NCBI GenBank assembly: GCA_965204725.1
Contig: OZ242005.1
Span: forward strand, 1,056,001-1,120,000
Direction of reading: 5' to 3'
DNA length: 64,000 nt
Source: Candidatus Latescibacterota bacterium
GTDB taxonomy: Bacteria > Latescibacterota > UBA2968 > UBA8231
The notes under the pieces were generated by a model that saw nothing but the letters and a program-made list of their open reading frames with translations, was not told the origin of the DNA and made no database searches. Made by a program: the position numbers and the translations under genes. Shown piece by piece: positions 28,931 to 37,898 of the stretch (its first letter is position 1; each line of letters opens with the position of its first letter).

Positions 28931-30625
28931 ATGAATCGCAGGGAATCGCACGAATACAACGAAGACCAAGAGCGCGAGGAGCGGGCCACCGAGCCGTTGC
29001 GCTTGGTCGATCAACTGCTGGCGTTGGCACCCGACCGCGACCCGGCCCGGCCCCTATTGTACCGCCTCCGGCGTCAGCTCATGGAGCGGGAGATTTCCTT
29101 TCAGGAGGCGCGCCGAGCGCTGGTGGAGATGGAAGCCGCCCTAGAAAAGGTAACGGCGCCGGCCAATCGCGTCGGCATCTTCCTCGGCATGCCGAGCGAG
29201 GGGATTGCCACGGTCTTCGTCGGCAGTGCCGAGTACTATGCCAACATCGACCCGCGCGTCGATGGGTCGCAACTCAAGGTCGGCTGTCGGGTGCTGGTCA
29301 ACGAAGCCTACGCGGTCGTTGGCAACTTGGGGCCTAGTCCCGCGGGGCCGGTGGCCAAGGTCGGCGACCTGCTGCCGGAGGGCCGGTTGCGGATTGCCCA
29401 AGCGCACGGGACCCAAGAGGTGGTCGTGGAGCGGGCCGCAGAATTGGCGGACGCGAATTTGCAAATCGGCGACGAGGTGCGGCTGGACCCGGCCTACAAG
29501 GTGGCACTCGAAGTGTTGCAGTCCGCCGAGAGCAAGGAGTACTTCATCGAGGAGGTCCCCCCAACCCCGTGGGAGAGCATCGGCGGCCAAGCCGAAGCGA
29601 TTGAGGCCATCCGCGACACCATTGAACTGCCGGCGTTGCACCCCCAGCTCTTCGAGCGCTTTGAGTACTCCACGCCCAAGGGCTTTTTGCTCTACGGCCC
29701 CCCGGGCTGCGGCAAAACCCTCATTGGCAAGGCCACAGCTTACAACTTGGTGCAGCACATGCGCGAGGTCGAGGGACTGGAGTTGGAGGAGTACTTCATG
29801 CACATCAAGGGGCCGGAGATCCTCAACATGTGGCTCGGGGAGACCGAACGCATGGTGCGCGAAGTCTTTGCCCAAGCGCGCCAAAAGCGCAAGGAGGGCT
29901 ACTTGCCCTTTGTCTTTATCGACGAAGCCGAGTCTATTTTGGGCACTCGGCGCTCGATGCGGAGCCACAACATCTCCAACACGGTGGTGCCGATGTTTTG
30001 CACCGAGATGGACGGCATTGAGTCCCTACACGACGTGGTGCTGATTTTGGCCTCCAACCGCCACGACCTGATTGACCCGGCCGTGCTCCGGCCCGGCCGC
30101 ATCGACCGCAAGATCAAGGTCGCCCGCCCCAACTACGAGGCCGCGGGCGACATTTTGGGCATTTACCTCAAGCCCGAGCTGCCGATTGACCGCGCCGAAG
30201 TGGAGCAGCACAACGGCGAGGCCGCGGCGCGCCAAGCCCTGATACAGGAGGGCCTCGACGAGTTGTTTGCCAAAGGCGAAGAGGCTCGCTTCTTGGAGGT
30301 GTCGCTACGCAGCGGTCGCCAAGAAGTGCTCTACTGGGGCGACCTGATTTCCGGGGCCATCATCGCCTCGGTCGTATCGCGGGCCAAGGAAATGGCCATC
30401 AAGCGCGCCATCGCCGAGGGCGATCCCGAAGGCGGGATCCGCGGCGAGGATCTGCGGCAGGCGACGCGGGCCGAATACCGCGAAAACGAGGTGTTCCCCC
30501 CCTCGGACAGCGTCGAGGACTGGCTCAAGCTGCTCGACTACGAGCCGGAGAACGTGGTAAAGGTGACGCCCGTCAGACCCCAGCCGGAAAAGGCACCGGA
30601 AAAGCGCGTCGGCCAGGTGATCTGA
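28931..30625 (+). CDS. arc: Proteasome-associated AAA ATPase (ARC/Mpa)
   Basis: N-terminal coiled coil and OB-like region, GPPGCGKT, IKGPEILN, FIDEAES, LRPGRIDRKI; heads the proteasome operon. Confidence 0.93.
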   Translation: MNRRESHEYNEDQEREERATEPLRLVDQLLALAPDRDPARPLLYRLRRQLMEREISFQEARRALVEMEAALEKVTAPANRVGIFLGMPSEGIATVFVGSAEYYANIDPRVDGSQLKVGCRVLVNEAYAVVGNLGPSPAGPVAKVGDLLPEGRLRIAQAHGTQEVVVERAAELADANLQIGDEVRLDPAYKVALEVLQSAESKEYFIEEVPPTPWESIGGQAEAIEAIRDTIELPALHPQLFERFEYSTPKGFLLYGPPGCGKTLIGKATAYNLVQHMREVEGLELEEYFMHIKGPEILNMWLGETERMVREVFAQARQKRKEGYLPFVFIDEAESILGTRRSMRSHNISNTVVPMFCTEMDGIESLHDVVLILASNRHDLIDPAVLRPGRIDRKIKVARPNYEAAGDILGIYLKPELPIDRAEVEQHNGEAAARQALIQEGLDELFAKGEEARFLEVSLRSGRQEVLYWGDLISGAIIASVVSRAKEMAIKRAIAEGDPEGGIRGEDLRQATRAEYRENEVFPPSDSVEDWLKLLDYEPENVVKVTPVRPQPEKAPEKRVGQVI

Positions 30626-30633
30626 CTCAGCTC

Positions 30634-32175
30634 ATGCAGCGGCTCTGCGGGCTAGAAACCGAATACGGCATCCAGATTGAGCAAGACGAGTCCATGGACG
30701 TGGTGGTTGAGTCCATGGAGCTGATCCGCTGCTATGTGCGCCAAGATTTTGTCGCGCTGTGGAATTACGCGCTCGAAAACCCGCGGCTCGACATGCGCGG
30801 CTTTGAGGTCGCCCAGCTCCGCAACGACAAGGACGAGACCGTCCACTTGCAGAAGGATCGCCAGCGCCCCATCCCGCTGGCAGACCTGAAAAGCGACCTG
30901 ATCGTGTTCAACGGGGCGCGCCTGTACAACGACCACACCCACCCGGAATTTTCCACCCCAGAATGCTACAGCCTCCGCGACTTGGTCGCGGTCGATCGCG
31001 CCGGGGAGCAAATTCTCCTCCAGTGTGCGCGGCAGCGCACCGCGGACCGCGGCCGCGGCGTGGTGCGTTTGTACAAAAACAACACGGATTTTGAGGGGCA
31101 CAGCTACGGCTGCCACGAAAACTTCCTGCTCAGCCGCGACATTCCCTTTGAGCAGGTGATCAACGGGCTGCTGCCCTTTGTGGTGACGCGCCAAATTTTT
31201 GCCGGCGCCGGCAAGGTCGGGGTCGAGCAGGACGCTCGGGCGCAAGCTGCCACCTATCAGCTAACCCAGCGCGCGGACTTTTTTGAGGTCATCGCCAGCG
31301 TCGATACCATGCACCGCCGCCCGCTGATCAACACCCGCGACGAGCCGCACGCCGACCCAGCCCGCTACCGCCGCCTGCACCTGATCATCGGCGACGCCAA
31401 CATGTGCGAATACGCCACCGCGCTCAAGGTCGGCACGGCTTCCTTGGCACTGGACCTGCTAGAGGCCGGCGCGTTGCCGGCGTTTGCCTTGGCCGATCCC
31501 ATTGGCGCGCTCAAGGCCATTTCCCGCGACGAATCTCGGCGTTGGCCGGTGGCCTTGGCCGGGGGCGAGGTCCGTTCGGCGCTGGAGATCCAGACGGCCA
31601 TTATGGCCGCGGCCACCCGGCTTTTTCAGGGCCGCGACGAGGAGACCGATTGGGTCCTCGCGGCTTGGCGCGACGTGTTGGATGCCCTCGCCCGCGACCC
31701 CCAAGCGCTGATTGGACGCCTCGATTGGGTGACCAAAAAGTGGCTGTTGGATGCGTTTGCCGAGTCCGAGGGCCTCGATTGGGAACGGCCGGAGGACCGC
31801 GCTTGGCTGCAAAGCCAAGACCTCGAATACCACAACATCGATCCGGCTGAGGGGCTGTACCCGGCGCTCGAAGCGGCCGGCCAAGTCGAGCGCGTCGTCT
31901 CCGCGGAGGCGGTGGCCCGGGCGTTGGTCAATCCGCCCGGGGACACGCGCGCCTATTTCCGCGGCAAGATATTGCAGAAATTCGCCGCGGCAGTGCGCTC
32001 GCTCAACTGGGATAGCATTGAGCTGGAACGCGACGGCCGTGCCGAGGTCATTGACCTCAAGGCTTGTGTCGGCAGGGAGACGGCGGCTTATTATAACGAG
32101 GCCCTAGACGCGGCGTCGAGCGTCGAGGATTTGCTCGCCCGATTGGGTCAAAACCCAAAGGAGGTGTCACCATGA
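30634..32175 (+). CDS. dop: Dop-type deamidase/depupylase
   Basis: GLETEYG, NGARLYNDHTHPEFSTPEC, SYGCHENF, RRLHLIIGDAN. Confidence 0.88.
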   Translation: MQRLCGLETEYGIQIEQDESMDVVVESMELIRCYVRQDFVALWNYALENPRLDMRGFEVAQLRNDKDETVHLQKDRQRPIPLADLKSDLIVFNGARLYNDHTHPEFSTPECYSLRDLVAVDRAGEQILLQCARQRTADRGRGVVRLYKNNTDFEGHSYGCHENFLLSRDIPFEQVINGLLPFVVTRQIFAGAGKVGVEQDARAQAATYQLTQRADFFEVIASVDTMHRRPLINTRDEPHADPARYRRLHLIIGDANMCEYATALKVGTASLALDLLEAGALPAFALADPIGALKAISRDESRRWPVALAGGEVRSALEIQTAIMAAATRLFQGRDEETDWVLAAWRDVLDALARDPQALIGRLDWVTKKWLLDAFAESEGLDWERPEDRAWLQSQDLEYHNIDPAEGLYPALEAAGQVERVVSAEAVARALVNPPGDTRAYFRGKILQKFAAAVRSLNWDSIELERDGRAEVIDLKACVGRETAAYYNEALDAASSVEDLLARLGQNPKEVSP

Positions 32176-32360
32176 GCGATTTTATTGACTACCGGGAGCG
32201 CGCCCCCCGGCCGACCAAGCCGCTAGACGACGGCGAAGGCCCCGATACCGGCCCGCGCCGCCCGCGGGTTGAGCGCCCCAGCACAGACGACATCCTCAAG
32301 CGGATGCGCCGAGTCGATCCGAATCAGGCCCGCCGCTATCGCCAGCGCACCGGCCAGTAG
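32172..32360 (+). CDS. ubact: Ubiquitin-like protein UBact
   Basis: 62 aa, disordered, ends LKRMRRVDPNQARRYRQRTGQ (R[T/S]G[E/Q]); sits between dop and prcB. Confidence 0.93.
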   Translation: MSDFIDYRERAPRPTKPLDDGEGPDTGPRRPRVERPSTDDILKRMRRVDPNQARRYRQRTGQ

Positions 32361-32366
32361 CTGCCG

Positions 32367-33125
32367 ATGGAAAGCTGCGACTTCCTCGACTTGCTCAAGG
32401 AGCGGGGGCTTTTGCCCACGGCCCCGGCCGCCGCTCCAGAAGGGTCTTTGCAGCCGGTCGAGGGCACCACGATTGTAGCGGTGCGTTGCGCCGACGGGGT
32501 GGTGGTCGCCGGCGACCGCCGCGCCACCATGGGCCACTCAGTGGTGTACGACCGCGCCGACAAAGTGCTGATTATCGACGACGAAGCGGTCATGGCCATT
32601 GCCGGCTCGCCCGCGGTGGCGTGGGACATTGCGCGGATGCTGGAAATGTCGGTGCAATATCATCGCCGCAGCCAATTGCAAGGGCTGAGCTTGGACGGCA
32701 AAGTGCGAATTTTGTCGCGGCTGTTGCGCCAGAATTTGCCGCTGGCCATGCAGGGGATTGGCGCGGTGGTGCCGATCTTTGCGGCCTTTGATCACGGGTC
32801 CGCAAAGGGCAAAATTTTCTTTTACGACCTCTTGGGGGCCGAGTTTGAGTGTGTAGATTTTTGCGCCACCGGGTCGGGTGCCCACATCGTGCGCGGCGCC
32901 CTGTACTACCAAAACCGCTGGGGGCCGCAGCCGCTGCGGGAAATGGCCGGGGAGCAGGCGGTCGAACTGGTGCTCAAGATGCTGGAGACCGCCGCTGAAT
33001 ACGACACCGCGACCGGCGGCTTCCGCGAGGCTGCCCACGTCTTTCCCCAAGTCGTGCAGGTGACGGCCGAGGGCTTGAGCATCGTGCCCGACGCGGATTT
33101 GGCTGCGCTCTACCAAAGGACTTGA
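32367..33125 (+). CDS. prcB: 20S proteasome beta subunit
   Basis: 33-aa propeptide then G/TTIVAV (catalytic Thr), AGDRRAT, TGSG. Confidence 0.93.
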   Translation: MESCDFLDLLKERGLLPTAPAAAPEGSLQPVEGTTIVAVRCADGVVVAGDRRATMGHSVVYDRADKVLIIDDEAVMAIAGSPAVAWDIARMLEMSVQYHRRSQLQGLSLDGKVRILSRLLRQNLPLAMQGIGAVVPIFAAFDHGSAKGKIFFYDLLGAEFECVDFCATGSGAHIVRGALYYQNRWGPQPLREMAGEQAVELVLKMLETAAEYDTATGGFREAAHVFPQVVQVTAEGLSIVPDADLAALYQRT

Positions 33126-33130
33126 GGGGC

Positions 33131-33883
33131 ATGTTAGAGGAACCTTATCGCTGGGTCGAGGCCATCAACAACCGCCGCGAATACGTGGAAGACCAACTCG
33201 CCGGCGGCAGTCCAGTGGTGGGTACGACCTACTCCGACGGGGTGCTGCTGCTGACGGCTACCCCAGGCCCGCGCAAGCTCTTTGAGGTGTACGACGAGAT
33301 CGCCTTTGCGGCCGTGGGGCATCCGGCCGACATCGAGAAGCTGCGCAAAGCCGTCATCGACATCGCCCATGTCGAGGGATTCAACCTGTCGGCCAACGAT
33401 GTGGCCTTGCAGCGATTGGTCAGCTTTGGCATCGGCCCGCTGATGAAGATGGCTTTCGACGAGATTTTCCGCTCGCCCTTTATCGCCCGCGTGCTGATGG
33501 CCGAGCTCGACCCGGATGGCGGCGACGTCTTTTTCACCATTGACGCCGATGGGGCCTTTGCCCAGCGCGGTGGGGCCGCGGCCATTAGCGGCAACGCCGA
33601 GAGCGCCGAGGCCATGATGGCCCAACTGCAAGCTGTTAGCCCCAAGCTCCCCCTCGACCAAGCCTTGGGCACGGCCTTGGAGGTCTGGGGGTTGGGCCGA
33701 TTGACTCTCGAGGCCCGCGATGTCCCCAGCTCAGAGGCGGTGCGCGATTTTCTAAAGGGCGGTTTGCAAGGGCTGACCCTTGAGGCCGCAGTGCTCGACC
33801 GCGAGCGCGCTGCCAAGTCCAAGTTCCGCCTGCTCACCCCGGACCAACTAACCGAGCCGCTCGCTTCCTACTTCAAGGTCTAA
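33131..33883 (+). CDS. prcA: 20S proteasome alpha subunit
   Basis: EPYRW...GSPVV, RKLFEVYDEIAF, LEAAVLDR; operon position. Confidence 0.9.
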   Translation: MLEEPYRWVEAINNRREYVEDQLAGGSPVVGTTYSDGVLLLTATPGPRKLFEVYDEIAFAAVGHPADIEKLRKAVIDIAHVEGFNLSANDVALQRLVSFGIGPLMKMAFDEIFRSPFIARVLMAELDPDGGDVFFTIDADGAFAQRGGAAAISGNAESAEAMMAQLQAVSPKLPLDQALGTALEVWGLGRLTLEARDVPSSEAVRDFLKGGLQGLTLEAAVLDRERAAKSKFRLLTPDQLTEPLASYFKV

Positions 33884-33893
33884 AAGGTCTAGT

Positions 33894-35327
33894 ATGGAAG
33901 GTCGCATCTATGGGTTGGAAACCGAGTACGGTTGCCTACCGCCGGCTTCGGATCCCTTTCTGAGTCCCGATTTTGTGTCGATAAAGGCCAAGGACTACGC
34001 GTTCTACCGCGAGCACTTGGGCATTATCGACACGCACTATCGGGGCCGCGACGAACCGCCCGGCAATGGCGGCTTCCTCTTCAACGGCGGACGCCTGTAC
34101 ATCGACATGGGCCACCTAGAGTACGCCACGCCAGAATGCACCGGGCTGTTTGATTTGGTGGCGGCCGACCGGGCGGGCGAGCAGTTGGTGCAGCGCGCGC
34201 TAGAGCAGCTTGGCTTGGCCGATAGCGCGGCCTTCTTCAAGAACAATATCGACCACTACACCGGGGCTACTTTTGGCTGCCACGAAAACTACCTCGTGCG
34301 GCGGGAGGTGCCGTTTTCGCAAGTGCTGTTGCCGACCATGCTGCCCTTTTTCGTCACCCGCCAGATATTCGCCGGCGCCGGTCGCGTCGGTTGCCACACC
34401 GATATCTTCGAGTACAGCAGTGCCGAGGACGAAGGCGTTGATTTCCAGCTCTCCCAGCGGGCCGACCACATCGTCACCGAGATATACCAGTGGATCCAGT
34501 TCAGTCGAGCGATCATCAACACGCGCGACGAGCCGCTGGCCGATTGGGGGCTGTACCGCCGCTTGCACCTGCTGGTGGGCGACTCGAATATGATGGAGTA
34601 CGCCACGGCCCTGAAGGTGGGGACCACGGCCTTGGTGTTGCAGCTTTTGGAAGAGCAAGAGCGCGTAATCTGCGACGATATCAAGCTCCTCGATCCGGTA
34701 CAGGCCATCCGCGACATTTCGCGCGACATGACCTATCGCTGGGAAGTGCAGCTAGAGGACGGCCGCTACACCACGGCTACGGAGATACAACGCACGTACC
34801 TCGACTTGGCCGAGCGCTATCTACGCGGCCGGGACGAAGAGGGCGACTGGGTGTTGGACGAGTGGCGTTTTGTCATTGACGCTTTAGAACACGATCCGGG
34901 GTGTTTGGTCGATCGCGTTGATTGGGTCGCCAAGAAGTGGCTGTTGGAGTACTTCATGCGGGAAGAGGGGCTGGACTGGCAGGATACTTGGATCCAAAGT
35001 TTGGATTTGGAATACCACAATCTCAACGCGGCGCGTAGCCTCTATTTCGACCTGTACGAGCGCGGGATGGTCAAGCGCGTCGTTGACGAGCAGATCAACC
35101 AAGCCATCACGCATCCCCCGGCCAATACCCGCGCTTGCGCTCGCTCCCGAGTGATGAGGGCGCTGACCGACCAAAAGACGCACTCTCAACGCTACCAAAT
35201 TGATTGGGACTCCATTTGCGTGGGCGACGATAAGTTCCTCAGCCTCGACGACCCCTTTCTCACCTACGGCCGCGAAGCCGAAGCCTTCATCGGCGAGTGC
35301 CGACAGACGCCGGTCGATACGTTTTGA
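33894..35327 (+). CDS. pafA: PafA-type Pup/UBact-protein ligase
   Basis: GLETEYG, FLFNGGRLYIDMGHLEYATPEC, TFGCHENY, DLEYH. Confidence 0.88.
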   Translation: MEGRIYGLETEYGCLPPASDPFLSPDFVSIKAKDYAFYREHLGIIDTHYRGRDEPPGNGGFLFNGGRLYIDMGHLEYATPECTGLFDLVAADRAGEQLVQRALEQLGLADSAAFFKNNIDHYTGATFGCHENYLVRREVPFSQVLLPTMLPFFVTRQIFAGAGRVGCHTDIFEYSSAEDEGVDFQLSQRADHIVTEIYQWIQFSRAIINTRDEPLADWGLYRRLHLLVGDSNMMEYATALKVGTTALVLQLLEEQERVICDDIKLLDPVQAIRDISRDMTYRWEVQLEDGRYTTATEIQRTYLDLAERYLRGRDEEGDWVLDEWRFVIDALEHDPGCLVDRVDWVAKKWLLEYFMREEGLDWQDTWIQSLDLEYHNLNAARSLYFDLYERGMVKRVVDEQINQAITHPPANTRACARSRVMRALTDQKTHSQRYQIDWDSICVGDDKFLSLDDPFLTYGREAEAFIGECRQTPVDTF

Positions 35328-35328
35328 T

Positions 35329-35392
35329 GGCTGGGCCGCTCGGAACGCGGGCGTCCCAGCCGCTCATGTCGTTCTTGCGGAGGCAGGCATAC
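35329..35392. repeat. Hairpin / REP-like sequence after pafA
   Basis: GGCTGGG..CCCAGCC stem enclosing GGAACGCGGGCGTCCC; followed by degenerate GTCGTTCTTGCGGAGGCAGGCAT. Confidence 0.4.
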
Positions 35393-35396
35393 ACAG

Positions 35397-36446
35397 ATGA
35401 ATCTGCTCGTCGAAGGCGACAATATCGCTGGCTTGAGCTATCTCTTGCAAGAGAGGAAGCTCCAAGAAAAAATAGACTTAGTGTACATTGACCCCCCCTT
35501 CGCTACCGGCGGCAATTTCACCATTACCGAAGATCGTGCGGCGACGATTAGCAATTCAAAGCGCGGTTCCGTCGCCTATTCTGATCGATTAATGGGTTCT
35601 GAATTTGTCGAGTTTTTGCGCCAAAGGTTGCTCTTGCTAAGGGAGCTTTTATCTGCGAGCGGTTCAATTTACTTGCATACCGACTACAAAATCGGCCATT
35701 ACATCAAAGTTATGATGGATGAAGTGTTTGGCATGGATAACTTTCGCAACGACATAACGAGGGTAAAATGCAATCCCAAGAACTTTAAGAGAACCGGCTA
35801 TGGGAACGTGAAAGACTTGATCCTCTTTTACAGCAAATCGTCGCATCCTATATGGAATGAACCCCAAGAAAAATACTCGGCGAGCGATATAGAGCGGCTA
35901 TTTCCAAAGACGGACCAACGGGGACGGCGCTATACTACGGTGCCGATTCACGCGCCGGGCGAGACGGAACGCGGAAAATCCAATCAGCCGTTTAGAGGTA
36001 TGATGCCGCCAAAGGGCCGCCATTGGCGAACCGACGTCGAGACGCTGGAGCGGTGGGACAGAGACGGCCTGATAGAATGGTCGGCAACGGGCAACCCGAG
36101 AAAAGTTGTATTTGCAGACGAAAGAGAGGGTAAGAGGGTACAAGACATTTGGGACTATAAAGACCCTCAATACCCAGTGTACCCAACGGAGAAAAATGCT
36201 GACTTATTGGACTTGATTATTCGCACCTCGTCCAATCCGGGCAGCATGGTCTTGGACTGTTTCTGTGGGTCGGGGACGACGTTAAAAGCGGCGCAACGGC
36301 TCAACAGAAACTGGATCGGCATGGACCAATCGGAACACGCCATTAGAGCAACTAGGGAAAAACTTGGGGACGGCGAAGGCGACTTTTTTGCGAGCAAGCC
36401 TGCGTACGAGTTTCTGAAGCTCGCTGCCTGTTCTCAAGAGAGATAA
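35397..36446 (+). CDS. Beta-class amino (probably N6-adenine) DNA methyltransferase
   Basis: YIDPPF precedes DCFCGSGTT; YPTEK. No clear RBS, so it may be 5'-shortened. Confidence 0.88.
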   Translation: MNLLVEGDNIAGLSYLLQERKLQEKIDLVYIDPPFATGGNFTITEDRAATISNSKRGSVAYSDRLMGSEFVEFLRQRLLLLRELLSASGSIYLHTDYKIGHYIKVMMDEVFGMDNFRNDITRVKCNPKNFKRTGYGNVKDLILFYSKSSHPIWNEPQEKYSASDIERLFPKTDQRGRRYTTVPIHAPGETERGKSNQPFRGMMPPKGRHWRTDVETLERWDRDGLIEWSATGNPRKVVFADEREGKRVQDIWDYKDPQYPVYPTEKNADLLDLIIRTSSNPGSMVLDCFCGSGTTLKAAQRLNRNWIGMDQSEHAIRATREKLGDGEGDFFASKPAYEFLKLAACSQER

Positions 36447-36449
36447 CGC

Positions 36450-37751
36450 ATGAGTGCTGTTAGTTGCTTCGACGCATTGCGGAAAGCATTGGGTGCCGAT
36501 TTGGATTTTCACGGTACAGACGGCAAGTATGCCTCGCATGGTTGGCATCCGTTCCCCGCCAAGTTTCCGCCGCAATTACCCCAATTTTTCATTGAGCATC
36601 TTTCGGATGTAGAAGATGTAGTTCTCGATCCGATGCTTGGTTCGGGGACGACGCTGGTGGAAGCTATGCGGCTGGGACGGCGCGTCATCGGTTGCGATAT
36701 CGATCCGTTGGCACGCATGATTGCCGCGACCAAGCTGGCTCCTATCGAAGCAGTAAAAACCCTGCAAACTGGATATAGGATTATCGACGCGGCCAAGCGC
36801 GACTATTGGCAAAACCGCGATGCGCTGGAACGGGAGTTGAGTCTGCGCTTCGACGAAAAAACTAGGGAGTTTATCAACTATTGGTTTCTGCCACAGCAGC
36901 AGTTGGAGTTAATCGCGCTTTTGCAGCACATTGAATCCCTGCCCGTGCATTCGCAGGAAAGGATACGAGATTTTCTCAAGATCGTTTTTTCTTCGACGAT
37001 CATTGCCAAATCCGGGGGGGTTTCGCTCGCGCGCGATCTGGCACACACGCGCCCCCACAGGGATACCGACAAAACCCCCAACTCGGCGTTTGCCGAATTT
37101 GCCAAGCGGTTGGAACGCAACCTCGCCGCGTACGATAGAGGCCGCTTGAAGTCCCAGACAACGGGTGCGCCTTTTCAGATTCGAGCGGCTAGCGCGGAAA
37201 AGACCGGGTTGGAAACGGCGAGCGTTGATTTGATTGTGACTTCGCCGCCTTATGCCAACAATGCGATTGACTACATGCGGGCGCACAAGTTTTCGCTGGT
37301 GTGGTTTGGCTGGAAAATAGCCGACCTAACCAAAATTCGCGCCCAGTACTTGGGACATGATGCCGCATCCGGCGAGGCGGGCGATCCCCTGCCGGAGCAA
37401 TGCGAAAAAACACTGGCCAAGCTGACGGAGCTCGATTCAAAAAAGGCAGTAGCTTTGCGCCGATATTTCGGCGAAATGTCCGCCGTGATTGCGGAGATGC
37501 AGCGGGTTTTGAAAAAAGGCAAGGCGGCCGTGATTGTCGTCGGCACCTCGCACTTGCGAGGCCTAGATGTCGAGACGCAAAAGGGGCTCGCCGCCATTGG
37601 CAAAAGCGTCGGTTTTGACTTAGCCGGAATCGGCGTCCGCCGTTTGGACCGCGATAAGCGCATGATGCCGGCGCGCTGGGGCACTAAGCGACACTCGCAG
37701 ATTGAAGAACGGATGCACGAAGAGTATGTGATTGGATTGGTGAAATCGTAA
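36450..37751 (+). CDS. Alpha-class N4-cytosine DNA methyltransferase
   Basis: HPFPAKF, DPMLGSGTT, then VTSPPY. Confidence 0.88.
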   Translation: MSAVSCFDALRKALGADLDFHGTDGKYASHGWHPFPAKFPPQLPQFFIEHLSDVEDVVLDPMLGSGTTLVEAMRLGRRVIGCDIDPLARMIAATKLAPIEAVKTLQTGYRIIDAAKRDYWQNRDALERELSLRFDEKTREFINYWFLPQQQLELIALLQHIESLPVHSQERIRDFLKIVFSSTIIAKSGGVSLARDLAHTRPHRDTDKTPNSAFAEFAKRLERNLAAYDRGRLKSQTTGAPFQIRAASAEKTGLETASVDLIVTSPPYANNAIDYMRAHKFSLVWFGWKIADLTKIRAQYLGHDAASGEAGDPLPEQCEKTLAKLTELDSKKAVALRRYFGEMSAVIAEMQRVLKKGKAAVIVVGTSHLRGLDVETQKGLAAIGKSVGFDLAGIGVRRLDRDKRMMPARWGTKRHSQIEERMHEEYVIGLVKS

Positions 37752-37889
37752 TGTCGGAGAAAATCGAAGAGTTGAGACGTGGCTATCATCGCCGAATTTG
37801 CGACGAGGTATTGCGAGTTGTTGGATACGCTGGTTTGCGGTCGCCGCTTGCGCGACATCAGCGATTTGCCGTTTGATTTGGCGATTTGA
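37751..37889 (+). pseudogene. NgoMIV-family restriction endonuclease remnant (internal deletion)
   Basis: ATG coupled to the MTase stop gives MSEKIEELRRGYHRRICDEVL; another frame (37815-37889) gives ELLDTLVCGRRLRDISDLPFDLAI*, resembling the NgoMIV C-terminus. Confidence 0.7.
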
Positions 37890-37898
37890 GCATCCCTC

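Noticed and set aside
32172-32360. Calling the small protein Pup
   Set aside because: It ends RTGQ, the UBact signature, not GG[E/Q].
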